Below are positions 9,795 through 20,424 of a stretch of 64,000 nucleotides of DNA, piece after piece. Position 1 is the stretch's first letter. Every line of letters starts with the position of its first letter. Source of the stretch: Malacoraja senta (lineage: Eukaryota); contig CM075982.1 of the NCBI GenBank assembly GCA_038087875.1, positions 36,766,001 to 36,830,000 of the forward strand, written 5' to 3'. The notes below the pieces were generated by a model. That model did not search any database. It was not told where the DNA came from and saw nothing but the letters and a program-made list of their open reading frames with translations. A program made the translations under genes and the position numbers.

Positions 9795-12030
9795 TAAATT
9801 GCATTTATTTAAATGCTAGAAGCCTAATAGGCAAGGCAGATGAGCTCAGGGCGTGGCAGGTACATGCAACTGGCATGTTATAGCTATTACAGAAACCTGG
9901 CTGAGGAAGGAACAGGACTAGCAGCCTAATGTTCCAGGATGCAGGTGCTGCAGGCGAAATAGGGGAGGGAGTAAGAGGCGGTGGAGTTGCTTTATTGATT
10001 AAGATGAATATCGCAGCAGTAGTTCGGGATGACATTACTGAAGGATCATCCAGAGAGGCCACATAGGAGAAGCTGGGCAAGAAAAAGAGGATGATCACTT
10101 TGTCTGGATTGTACTAGAAGCCCCCAAGTTATTAATTGTAATTAGAGGAACGATTTGTGCGAGACTGCAGATAGCTGCAGGGCTAACAGGATTGGCATCG
10201 GGGATTTTTACTTTCCAAATATAGACTGGGACTACAATAGTGTCAAATGTGTTCGAGGAAAGTTTTCTCAGGCGATATGTAGAGGGCCCTACATGGGAGA
10301 GGACAAAGCTTAACTGCTTTTAGGCAAATGGACAGAGTAAGTGACTGAAGTGTCAGTGGACCAGAGTTTTGAGATCAGTTCAATTAGCTTTAAAATAGTT
10401 ATGGGTAAAGACAAAGCTGAAACACAAGTTCAAGTTCCGCATTGGGGCAAGGCCAACTTTGATGGTCTTAGACAGGAACTTGCTAAATTTGATTGGGGTA
10501 GCTTGTTGGGCAAAAGGATGTCCATCAAGTGGGAAGCCTTTAAAAGTTAGACAGTGAGAGTTGCAAGGTCCACATATTCCTGTTAGAGTGAAGGGCCAGG
10601 CAAATGGGCGTAGGGAATCCCAGATGACAGAAGAAATTGGGTCAAGAAAAAGCAGGCATATGTCAGATATAGACAGATGATAATGTGTGTCCCAGGTGGA
10701 ATGTAGGGATTGAGGAACAAACAAGGAAATCAGGAAGGCAAAAGGGGGGGGGGGGGGGGCATGATTACTTTCCAAATATAAACTGGGACTATCATAGTGT
10801 CACAGGGTCAAATTTGTGATTTTGAACATAGATAAGATTAAGAGAATCCAAAGAGATTGTGTAAGTACATTGTGGAAAAGGGTAACTAGAAAGAGAATAG
10901 GGCCTCTCAGAAATGGGACTGATCATCTGTGTGTAGAGTCACAGGAGATGGGCAAGGTAATGGACATGATGGACCAGCTACAGAAATGGGTAGAGAAATG
11001 GCAGATGGAGTTTTAACCAAGCAAGTGTGAGGTTTCTCATTTTAGGAGGTTCATTGTAACGTGAGAACGAATGGTAAGACCGTTAACAGCACTGTTGTAC
11101 ACAGGGATCTTGAGGTTTAAGTCCACAGCTCCCAAGAAGTGGCAACACAAGTAGATAGAGAAATAAAGAAAGTCCACAGTATGATTGCCTTCATTGGTCA
11201 GGAAATGGAGTATAGGAGTCAGAAACTCAAGTTGCAACTTTACACAACTTTGGTTTGGTTGCATTTGGAGTATTATACGGCGTTCTGATCATTCCATTAC
11301 AGGAAGGATGTGAAGGCTTTGGAGAAGGTGCAGATCATGTTTATACCCAGGATTACATGGTATTAACTATAAGAAGAAGAAGAAGAAGAAGACGACAAAC
11401 TTGGATTGTTTTCACTGGAGCGTCGGAAGCTGAGGGGAGACCCAATATAAGTATATCAAATTATGAAAGTTATAGATAGGTAGACAGTCAGAAGCTTTTT
11501 CCCCCCAGAGTGAGAATGTCAGACTAAATGGCCTAGCTTTATGATGAGCGAGGCAAAGTTAAAAGAGATGTGTGGGGCAATATTTGTTTTTTATTACACA
11601 GAGTAGTGGATACCTGGAACATGTTGCCAGGGGTGGTCGTTAAGGCAGATATGATAGAGGCATTCAAGAGGTTTTTTGATAAACACATGGATATACAGGG
11701 AATGGAGGGATATAGATCACATGCAGACAGAGCGTCACAACGGCTGGGAAGGCAGATGAAGGCTGCAGCAGAAAGGGTCGCCGGTCGTCTGGACTCCATG
11801 CCCCTGGATCTTGACCCAGATCTGTCAAGGGCTGTGGGATGGCTGTCTGTGCTCCAGTCTCCCCACGTTAAACAAAGTCACGCGCTGGCGTCCTCCATAT
11901 AGGGAATAACACCCTGGAGACACCCATGGTCAGCCATGACCGAGGGGGGCCTAAGAAGAGCAGATGAATTTAACTTGGCATCAATGTACAGACATTGTGG
12001 CTGAAGAGCCTGTTCCTTTACTGTCCCATT
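9795..12030 (+). mobile_element. CR1/HER1 LINE, degenerate ORF2 (APE endonuclease + partial RT) with large internal deletion
   Basis: IAITETWL-like (atagctattacagaaacctgg), GGGVALLIK, GDF.FPNIDW-like, WGKANFDGLRQEL, KWQMEF; 3' tail gggcc/gcctgttcc. Confidence 0.9.
11728..11960 (+). mobile_element. Short RTE-related insertion (possible bipartite SINE) in CR1 tail
   Basis: Interrupts the CR1 3' UTR; ends ggcctaagaagag like the RTE tail at 6090; body resembles recalled RTE 5' regions. Confidence 0.45.
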
Positions 12031-12459
12031 TCGCAGTTGCCGGACCCTGGGTTATGGCTGCAAAATACTTCAGAGTAATGGGTGGACTGGCACTGCTGCT
12101 GCTGCCATCAGCCGACACCCCCAGTTCCTCTTAACAAAGCGCTTTCTGCATTGCCATGATGCACTGGCACTCGGCAATCAGGTAACACTTGTGGCAATAG
12201 CAGGCCTACAGCTACATGCCCCGTACCCTTTCAGCCACACGTCAGTCATGGTTCTGGCAGTGGGAGCTGTTTGGATGTCTGGGAAGACTTCTCTTGCCTT
12301 TCGAGCTGCCAGGCGTTCTTGCTCTTCCACTCATACAGAGGACTTTGAGTTTGCAACAGACTGGGAAAAAGATCGGCCGGTAAAGGAAGACTTTACCAGC
12401 TGTGAGCGAGTTAACTCTTCACGGGAGCATCAATGCTCTAGTCGGGGAATTGGGTTGTT

Positions 12460-12625
12460 CACGTCTCTTATTATACCGGAGCAGCTAATGGAATAAGCGA
12501 GTTCGAAATAACTTACCAGGATCGCATCTCTATATATGCTGTTATGATGACCCAGTGTAGGATGGTGTCATTTAGCGCTCCATTCTCTAGGATCATATCT
12601 GTAGCGCTAAATGGGATTTTATTGC
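12460..12625 (+). mobile_element. Solo terminus related to the 62327-63768 element
   Basis: TCTCTT-N22-AATAAGCGAGTT, the same bipartite motif as the ends of the HTRA2-carrying element; internal inverted catttagcgct/agcgctaaatg. Confidence 0.45.
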
Positions 12626-12644
12626 ATTATCTTTTGGTTCAAGA

Positions 12645-12900
12645 TCACCTACTTCCGATCAACAATCAGACTCTTGAACCACTCTGCACAAATCTACCTC
12701 GGCACCAAATTACCATGTACTTTGCAAAACTGCGGTTGTACAATGTACTTTGACTTGCACTATCAGTCTAGTTTACTAGAATAACTGATAATTTAACGTA
12801 TATTTATTTGTTATTGGGTTTAATGATAAGCTTGTAAAAGTGTAGCAAGTAAGACTTTGATTGTCCTGTGCAGATAACAATTAAACACTCTTCACTTGAC
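12645..12900 (+). mobile_element. Rex1-type LINE 3' tail
   Basis: tacttccgatcaacaatcagactcttgaac (YFP.TIRLLN-like end) followed by UTR ending acaattaaacactcttcacttgac. Confidence 0.6.
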
Positions 12901-13969
12901 TTTTAACAGCTGGAACATTTAAACCCCAAGTGCTGTTACCTGAGATTGCCATTTAAGTTGAATGTTACCAAAGAGTAACGCAATTGGGCTGATCTTCAAA
13001 TTCAGCAAGGATGACCAAGACTAAACAGAACAAGAGTAAATAAGTAAGAAAAGAAAATGCTTCTACAGATGTATATAAAGAGAGTGGCTACGGTTGATAA
13101 GAGGCCGAGTCAGGAAAAAAACTTAAATATGAAATAAGGAAATGAATGGCATTAAACATCTTGCACTCCCCTTGCACAAAGTACAAGACGACATTACAAA
13201 AATACAATGCAAAAGTAAAATATATTATCTGTAAAGAAATAGACCGAGAAATAAATGTCCAAAGATGATCAAATTCTCCAAGCATGGCTTACACCCTCAC
13301 AGTATTAAATTAGATGTAGTTGATCTACAAATCCCTCAATTTACAATGTCAACAAGATATTCAAAGTTGTGAGTCTTGCCTTGCACTTTGAAGGATGGTC
13401 ACATTTTTTTTTAATTAACTTACATAGGCAGCAAAGCAAACAACAGATCCTATATAACACAGCACTTAGTAAATCATGAAGCAAAGAATCAACATTTTAT
13501 GAAAGGGAAACTTTGGTAAAATCCCAGTTGCTTTTTTTTTTAGGTTGTAACCAGCAGGACAGCAAGAAGAAACAAGTGGAATTTGTGCATTCTCCACAAA
13601 TGAACACAGCGGAAAAATTAACTGTCACTGCACCTGTGAAAACGGAAATTGTATCTGAGAACTCAACAGTAATATACTGATATACTAGACAAAACTCTTG
13701 TCTATGTAACTTTTGATATACTAGACAAAAACAAAGATCAGGCTTACTTCACCTATTAGTACGGTTTACATCGTCCCGAGATTAGTGCCAGTCGTTTATT
13801 GATAACATTCCGAGTATGGCTGTGGATTTAAAACTAGCAAGCAAGTGAGAGCACTGACATCCTGGTCAAAATGTTATGCAACACCTCGAATGCCCAGTCA
13901 GGTGGACACAAAAGATTTGGCACTATTCCAAAGGCAAGGTGCCCACCACTGTTTATTAAAACAGCCAAC

Positions 13970-14560
13970 TATTGGTCATAACATTTCTTCCAACCTGACC
14001 CTCAATGCTGTTGTCCCTCAGGGGGGTGTGCTCAGTCCAGTGTTCTACTCCCTGTACACCTATGACTGTCTGGCAATGTGCAAAGGCAACTGATCTGTAA
14101 GTTTGCCAATTATACTATTATTGTGGAACAGATCAACAATGATGAGATAAGGCGCAAGAAAGAAACATGAACTTTTTGACATGGTGTCAGGACAACAATC
14201 TAGCCTTTAACATCAGCAATACTAAAGAGTTGTTAGTTGACCCAAGGAAACAAGGGGGTGAACACAACTGTTTCCTCATCAACAAATAGAGAAGGTCGAC
14301 AGCTACAAGTTTCTAGGCATCCACATCATCATTGACAACCTAAACTGGTCCCATCACACTGATGTGGTGATCAAGAAAGCCTATCCATCAGTCTATTTAC
14401 TTTCTTAGGCATCTCGGAAGATGTGCCATGCCCAAGAGGATTCTCTTAACTTCCACAGATGTGCATTGTAGCCTTGTGTGGCAACTGCCCTGCTCTTGAC
14501 CGTCTGAACATGCAGAGTGTGAACACAGCTCAGTTCATCACTTCTTTCCATCCAGTCCAT
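13970..14560 (+). mobile_element. Rex1/Babar RT fragment
   Basis: ISSNLTLNAVVPQGGVLSPVFYSLYTYDC; WCQDNNLAFNISNTKELLVD. Confidence 0.85.
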
Positions 14561-14579
14561 CTTCACATCATACACATGA

Positions 14580-15050
14580 TGAATATTCTCAGACACCTCA
14601 GAAAATATATATGCCAATGCACTTTCTTGATCACCACATCAATATAATGGGACCAGATTGGGTTGCTGGTGAAATGGTTGCCTAGGAACTTGAAACTGTC
14701 AACCATTACAAAACCAGCTCCATCTTTAAGAACAGGATTGTGTTTACTCCTGCAGTTCCATGGGTCAACAACCAACTCTTTCATCTTGGTGACATTATGG
14801 GCTAGATTGTTCTAACACCATACTACAAGGTATCAGGTCTCTTTCTTGTACTCCGTCTCATTATTACTGATCCGGTTGATAAGAGTTATTATTGGCAAGG
14901 TGGCACTCTACTTGGCCATACAGTCATGGGTGTACATATATTAGAGCAAGAAACTGAGCAAACAACTCGGTGGAGCATCCGTTTTAAGGGTCAGAGTCAA
15001 TGTTATGAGCATTTCTAACTGAATGAGGTCTGTCGGTCAGGAAGTAATGT
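14580..15050 (-). mobile_element. Rex1/Babar RT fragment (inverted relative to neighbour)
   Basis: MKELVVD..VDSFKFLG..WSHYIDVVIKKVHWHIYFLRCL. Confidence 0.85.
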
Positions 15051-16050
15051 GAATGTTTCTAAAGCATCTTGATGTCAATAAATTAAATCATACATCAGAC
15101 TATTAATAAATATTCAAGAGACATGAAGAACAAACTGAAGACGGAGGTTAAATACACAGGAAAAAAATGTGACTGTTTGGCTCAAGTTTGTGTTTCAGTT
15201 CTTTGTCTTTTCTATAATTATTTCCAATTATCAGCTTCCCGTCAGTATAAAAATATATCCAGAGTATGCAACTCCTTGCAAATCTTGAATGTGAGATTTC
15301 CCCATTTTTCATCAAAATGAGACAACAACAATCTTAACACATGATCCTGCTCAAAACCTAAACCCAAGTCATTGGGTATCAGCTGAAATCAAATAATAAT
15401 CACATTCCACATAAACTCTTCCACATTATGGCAAACCATCCACCAATTGCTACCTTCTCCACTAAGACAAACAATAAATCTATTAAGTCAATCTGAAGCA
15501 TGTGAAATATGTACATACAACAATCATTTTTTTTTACATATTCACAAAGTCTCATTTAGCCACAGCAAAATAAAACTTTGATTTCAAATTTACCTTGTTT
15601 GCTCACTTGTCAGATGTTCCCTTGCCACCCAAAATGACATACTTCTACAACAAGCCTGTTTCACATCTGCTCTCAATCGTTTCCCCTTATATTATGTTTG
15701 TGTATGAAGTATGGGTGTAGTATTTTAGAAAAATGTTTTTTGAATGTTTTACAATTAAATTAAGAAATCAAAACAATTCTGACAGTATTTTACATTATTA
15801 CTCATTTGCCGCATTTAGAATGTTTTTTAACAATGACATCATTTCCTGCAAGAGTTTGTACAGGGATCACATTGTGAAAGCATGTTATGCTAATGCATAA
15901 TAAATAATGGTATATTTTAGCAGCCTAACAAAAAGGACATTTTTAGTTTCCTTTTTTGCCAAATGCAAGCAGGTAAGCACAAAGATTAATCTCTGGGTCT
16001 TGGTTTGAACCACTATATATTTTATGAGCACCTTTAAAGCTGCACATTAC

Positions 16051-16465
16051 TGTTATATTCCGGACGGCAGAATGAATAACAACTTACACGCAGGTTGCCT
16101 GGATCACGAGAGAGTTTTATTACCCAACATTCCCTGCTTATATACAACACCAACTCATTAACATATACATGAATATGTATGAATACATTACACTGCTCTC
16201 CTTTTAAGTATTAAATCTAAGTACTCGGTTACAATTTTGTTGTTGTGTTACTTGATTTAAACCAGTATTTATGAAGTCTTAAATGATAAACATAATATTT
16301 ATTTTACATATCTACACATTTTCGTTTTACTTATACAGTGAGTTACTTAACTTACAAACCAAACTGACTACTGGTTTACGGATCCTGCCTGATCGTCTAA
16401 CAGTGACAGGTGTAAGAGGTTTAGGTATCGACTTAACTGTATGTTTGTTTGGCTCTGTTTTAGTT
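16051..16465 (-). mobile_element. Gypsy-like LTR retrotransposon 3' end (integrase tail, PPT, 142-bp LTR at 16051-16192)
   Basis: RRSGRIRKP integrase C-tail motif; PPT aaaaggagagcag directly before TGTAAT...ATAACA LTR containing TATATAA and AATAAA. Confidence 0.75.
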
Positions 16466-16469
16466 CTCT

Positions 16470-16610
16470 GATGCCAAATTATAGTAAGGTAGCGTGCTTT
16501 AATAACTACCGTCCTGTGGCTCTGACATCCACCACCATGAAGTGCTTCGAGAGACTGGTCATGGCACACATTAATTTCAGCCTCCCAGTGGGCCTTGATC
16601 CATTGCAGTT
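16470..16610 (+). mobile_element. Rex1 RT N-terminal fragment
   Basis: [38 protein letters not shown]. Confidence 0.85.
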
Positions 16611-16611
16611 G

Positions 16612-16722
16612 ATCCAAGGAGAATGGGGTTAGGAGAGAGAGATAGATCAGCCATGATTGAATGGTGTACATTTGATGGGCAGAATGGCCTAATTCTACTC
16701 CTATTCCTTATGATCTTATGAA
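16612..16722 (+). mobile_element. CR1 3' tail
   Basis: gatcagccatgattgaatgg..gaatggcctaattctactcct..(ttatga)n. Confidence 0.8.
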
Positions 16723-16989
16723 CTGGTGATAATCTAGAGCATTTTCTCTTTAATAATGAAAATTGTATTATTATCTGGAATAAAGAGTCAAGACCTGAAG
16801 TGCTGAACATTTTTACATAATAAAATAATGGACAACATTAGCTATTATGATAACATGGAAAGTGAAGTCAACAGGATAAACTGGAGAAGTTGAAAACAAC
16901 AACATATTTACCTCTCTCACGAATCAATCACAAAACTCAATAATCAAAACTTAGTACATGCAGTAAAACAACAACTACAAACACATCTA

Positions 16990-17184
16990 AGGTAGACACA
17001 AAAGGCTGGAGTAACTCAGCATCTCTGGAGAGAACGAATGGGTGATGTTTCGGGTCGAGACCCTTCTTCAGACCCGACCCGAAACGTCACCTGTTCATTC
17101 TTTCCAGAGATGCTGCCTGGCCCGCAGAGTTACTCCGGCATTTTGTGTCTACCTTCGATTTAAAGCAGCATCTACAGTTCTTTC
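16990..17184. mobile_element. Penelope-derived fold-back element
   Basis: Inverted arms; TSD ctacaaacacatcta at 16975-16989 and 17185-17199. Confidence 0.85.
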
Positions 17185-17249
17185 CTACAAACACATCTAC
17201 ATAGACAACTAACTAATACATTTATACAGCAAACATTAATAAACCAATA

Positions 17250-17348
17250 AAAGACATAAATGATGGAGTAACTCAGTAGGACAGGAAGCCCGAGTTACTC
17301 CACTTTGTGCCTTTTTTTTAGTAAGCATCATCTGTAATTCCCTGTATC
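17250..17348. mobile_element. Short Penelope-derived fold-back element
   Basis: ggagtaactc..gagttactcc; TSD acattaataaaYcaata at 17233-17249 and 17349-17365. Confidence 0.75.
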
Positions 17349-17419
17349 ACATTAATAAATCAATACTTTACAGCTATGGGGACAAAATTAATAAAGCTAG
17401 AGTCAAAAACTAAACACAT

Positions 17420-17690
17420 TTAATTGTGGCAGCAATGCACCTGGCATCTCACACTCATCTGCCTTAAACTCCATTAGCCATTCCTCAGCCCATTTGCCCA
17501 ACTGATCAAGATCCTGCTGCAATTCTTGATAACCATCTTCACTATATATACCATCTAATTTTGTGCCATCTGCAAACTTACATTCTCACTTAAATTGTAA
17601 TATAAACCACAAACAACAATGGGCCCAGCACCAATCCCAGAAGAACACCACTAATCACAGGCCTCCAGCCTGAAAAACAACCATTAAATC
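17420..17690 (-). mobile_element. CR1 RT fragment
   Basis: Reverse strand: KFADGTKL-like (aagtttgcagatggcacaaaatt), gtgctgggccc. Confidence 0.7.
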
Positions 17691-17949
17691 CGAGAATCAA
17701 GTCAACCCACATTGAGTTGCTAGGTATCTAAGAATGTGAACATTTGAAAATTATTTGGTGTCAAGGATTGCCTACAAGAAGTAGTCAACCAAGATATGAG
17801 AGAAAGGCAACTACTTACCTTGCATTAACCAGCAATTGCTAAGGCTCAATGTCGATTAAAACTGATTCATCACAATCTTTATGTTACAACAGATTTTCAA
17901 ACAAAATTCGTTTCCACATATTACATTCTCAATCATGGTATTTCAGCAC

Positions 17950-18280
17950 AGATGTCCATTCAGTCGATCAAATCAATACTGGCTTTCGGCCAAGAAATCC
18001 ATCAGTCCTATCCCATATTTTCCTGGACCACATTCTCCCTCACAAGCCTGAATGGCCACACAACGCCCCATACCCCTGATTCTCCTGTACACACAGGGGT
18101 AACGTAGTGACTAATTAACTTTTCTACATATCTTTAAGCTGTGATTGGGGACTGGGGAAAACAAAAAACTCAAGGAGAACGTGTAAAATACACTCGGTTA
18201 ACATCTAAAGTCAGTATTGAGCCTGGGTCACTTCAATTGTAAGACTAACACTAACTGCTGCAGCACTGAACTGCCCATGC
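17950..18280 (-). mobile_element. Degenerate HE1-type SINE
   Basis: ggagaacgtgtaaaatacac..gtattgagcctgggtcac..ctgctgcagcactgaactgccc. Confidence 0.55.
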
Positions 18281-18672
18281 AAATTTAATTTTCACAAACA
18301 TCATTGCACATTGTAATTTGCACAATATCAGGGAAGATTACGCATCAATCAGGAAACCCAAAGCAGTGGTCTGCACTGTAATCAAAAAGACAAAAAGACC
18401 ATAAACTCAGCTACAGACACCCATGTTAAAACCAATGAAGACCTGCAGCAGAAGGCAGGCATGCAGGCAGGCAGGCAAGTGAATAAGTCTTGGTGATCAA
18501 CAGTCAGTCAGCAAAGCAATGAGAAACTGTTAATTTCTTTCGGGCAGACATTGCAGACAGGAAACCACCACTTGTTCATACAGTTGTTTTTGTTGTGCAC
18601 TGCATATGCTTTGTTTAAATAGCAAATAGATCTCCAGAAATTCACAAGAGGAAATTCCTCATCATCTCGGTA

Positions 18673-19422
18673 CAGGTTGAACCGGCACCCTCGGATCCAG
18701 AGCCTTTCTGGATTACCCGCTTTTCCGGACAGAGGTCACGTGATAATGAAACAATATCCCCCCTGGCCAGCTAAAAAACACCCCTCCGGTGTCTCCAAAG
18801 CATCCTGGAGTGCCGGAAACTTAAATAAAACTAAATATACTAAAGATGGTCGAACACCATCTCCCCGGCCATTTAGAACCCCAGCTTCCAACCACAAGGT
18901 GTTTCCAACCACGCAGTCCGGTGACACAGCTATTGTTGTGGCTCGCGTTGTAGCCCCTGGGGATAGTGCTTTCTCACTGTGGGGGTCCCTCCCCTCTAAC
19001 CTGCTGCTGTTTCTTGTTGTCGGCAGTGGCTTTGTCCGCTCTACACTCGACCGCCGCCGTCTTCTTCTCCCGTCGCTCTGTCCAGTCGGCATCTTCCCCG
19101 CCTCCTCCTTCCCTCCCCTCCTTCTCACCCCTCCCTTCAAGGCGCTGACGTACTCCAACTTCGAAGCGACAGCAGGTGAAAGGAGAGGGAGTCCCACAGT
19201 GACCAAGCCCGAATGGCAGCGGCTCAAAGAAAGCACTGTCCCCAAGGGCTACAACGTGAGCCGCAACCCAGCCGTGTTACCAGACCGGGCGGTGGTTCTA
19301 CCTTGAGAGTCGAGAGTGGGGTCGGAAGCCGGAGCTGTAAGCGGCTGGGGATGGATCAGCAGGTCCGTCCACTATAGTGGAAATTGGTTATAAGTGGATC
19401 CATTAAAAATGTGGGTTTACTG
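18673..19422. mobile_element. Non-autonomous Tigger/pogo-like fold-back DNA element
   Basis: TA|CAG...CTG ends; internal inverted repeat (gctcgcgttgtagcccctggggatagtgctttc / gaaagcactgtccccaagggctacaacgtgagc); related copy at 61900-62270. Confidence 0.55.
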
Positions 19423-20029
19423 AATTGCTTCAGCAAGACAGTTAGGACAGAAGATTGAGAGTTTATTTGAAAAGGGATTTTGGGAAGCAGTCTTTTAAAG
19501 GTTGACCAGTATATTAGAGAATGCTTAACAGGAAGTTCACAGTTCTAGAGGGCAAGAGGAATATTGAACAGAATGGTGAGAGGAGGGGCTGTGCGGTGGT
19601 GCATGGGAGGCAGGCAGAGATGAAACACAAAAAACATAAACATTCAGCCAACACAGATAAAATTAGACAAGGCCAAGGACAGACTTTGATGTTTAGAAGT
19701 AAACAAATCACTCTCTCTCTCGACGGAGGGACACCACCCAGAAGACAGCTCGCCTCTCACATTGCCATCTATGGCCGCTCTGGGAATTTCAACTGAGCTC
19801 TCATAATTTTGTCTGGATTATGGGAGGGTTGCCCGACAATCGGTGCTCAACGTGTACTAAATGGAAAATCCTTTATGTCGAGACTGTAGACACGGGTTCT
19901 AGATTTACCGCACCAGAGTAAATAACTTCACAGCATCTACTTTGTCACTGTCCTTCAGAACCTTATGCTAATCAGTGTACAAAAGAGTGTCAAGAATGTT
20001 TAATTGTCATCCGTACCAACAATGGTCTC

Positions 20030-20422
20030 ACTGTAATGCTGGAATAACTCAGTGGGACAGGCAGCATCTCTGGAGAGAAGGAATGGGTGACGTTTCGGAG
20101 CGAGACCCTTCTTCAGACTGGTTAGGGAATAAGGGAAACGAGAGATATAGATGGTGATGTGGAGAGATAAATAACAATGAATGAAAGATATGCAAAGAAA
20201 GTAACGATGATAAAGGAAACAGGCCATTGTAAGCTGTTTGTAAGGTACAAATGAGAAGCTAGTGCGACATGGGTGGGGGAGGGATAGAGATGGAATGCCG
20301 GGGGTGCCTGAAGTGAGAGAAATATGAGACCCGTCCTCCAATTTGCGTTTAGCCTCACTCTAACAATGGAGGAGACCGAGGACAGAAAGGACTGTGTAGG
20401 AATGGGAAGGAGAATTAAAGTA
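20030..20422 (-). mobile_element. Penelope-like element 3' end with terminal repeat
   Basis: Reverse strand: tctgtcctcggtctcctccattgt..gctaaacgcaaattggagg (LSVLGLLHC..AKRKLE), then the tail with a hammerhead-like core. Confidence 0.8.
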
Positions 20423-20424
20423 AT

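Noticed and set aside
12191-12496. Walker-A-like SGKT in a 101-aa ORF
   Set aside because: Spacing is not GxxxxGKT and no other ATPase motifs are present
13545-13680. Open frame after a polypyrimidine AG (CNQQDSKKKQVEF..)
   Set aside because: Short, with no recognisable homology or partner exons; compatible with chance
13672-13732. 17-bp direct repeat around ~20 bp
   Set aside because: Most likely a tiny truncated insertion or slippage; too short to classify
18677-19306. 209-aa and 169-aa overlapping ORFs as a possible exon
   Set aside because: GC-rich interior of a repeated fold-back element with a second copy at ~62 kb; no recognisable domain
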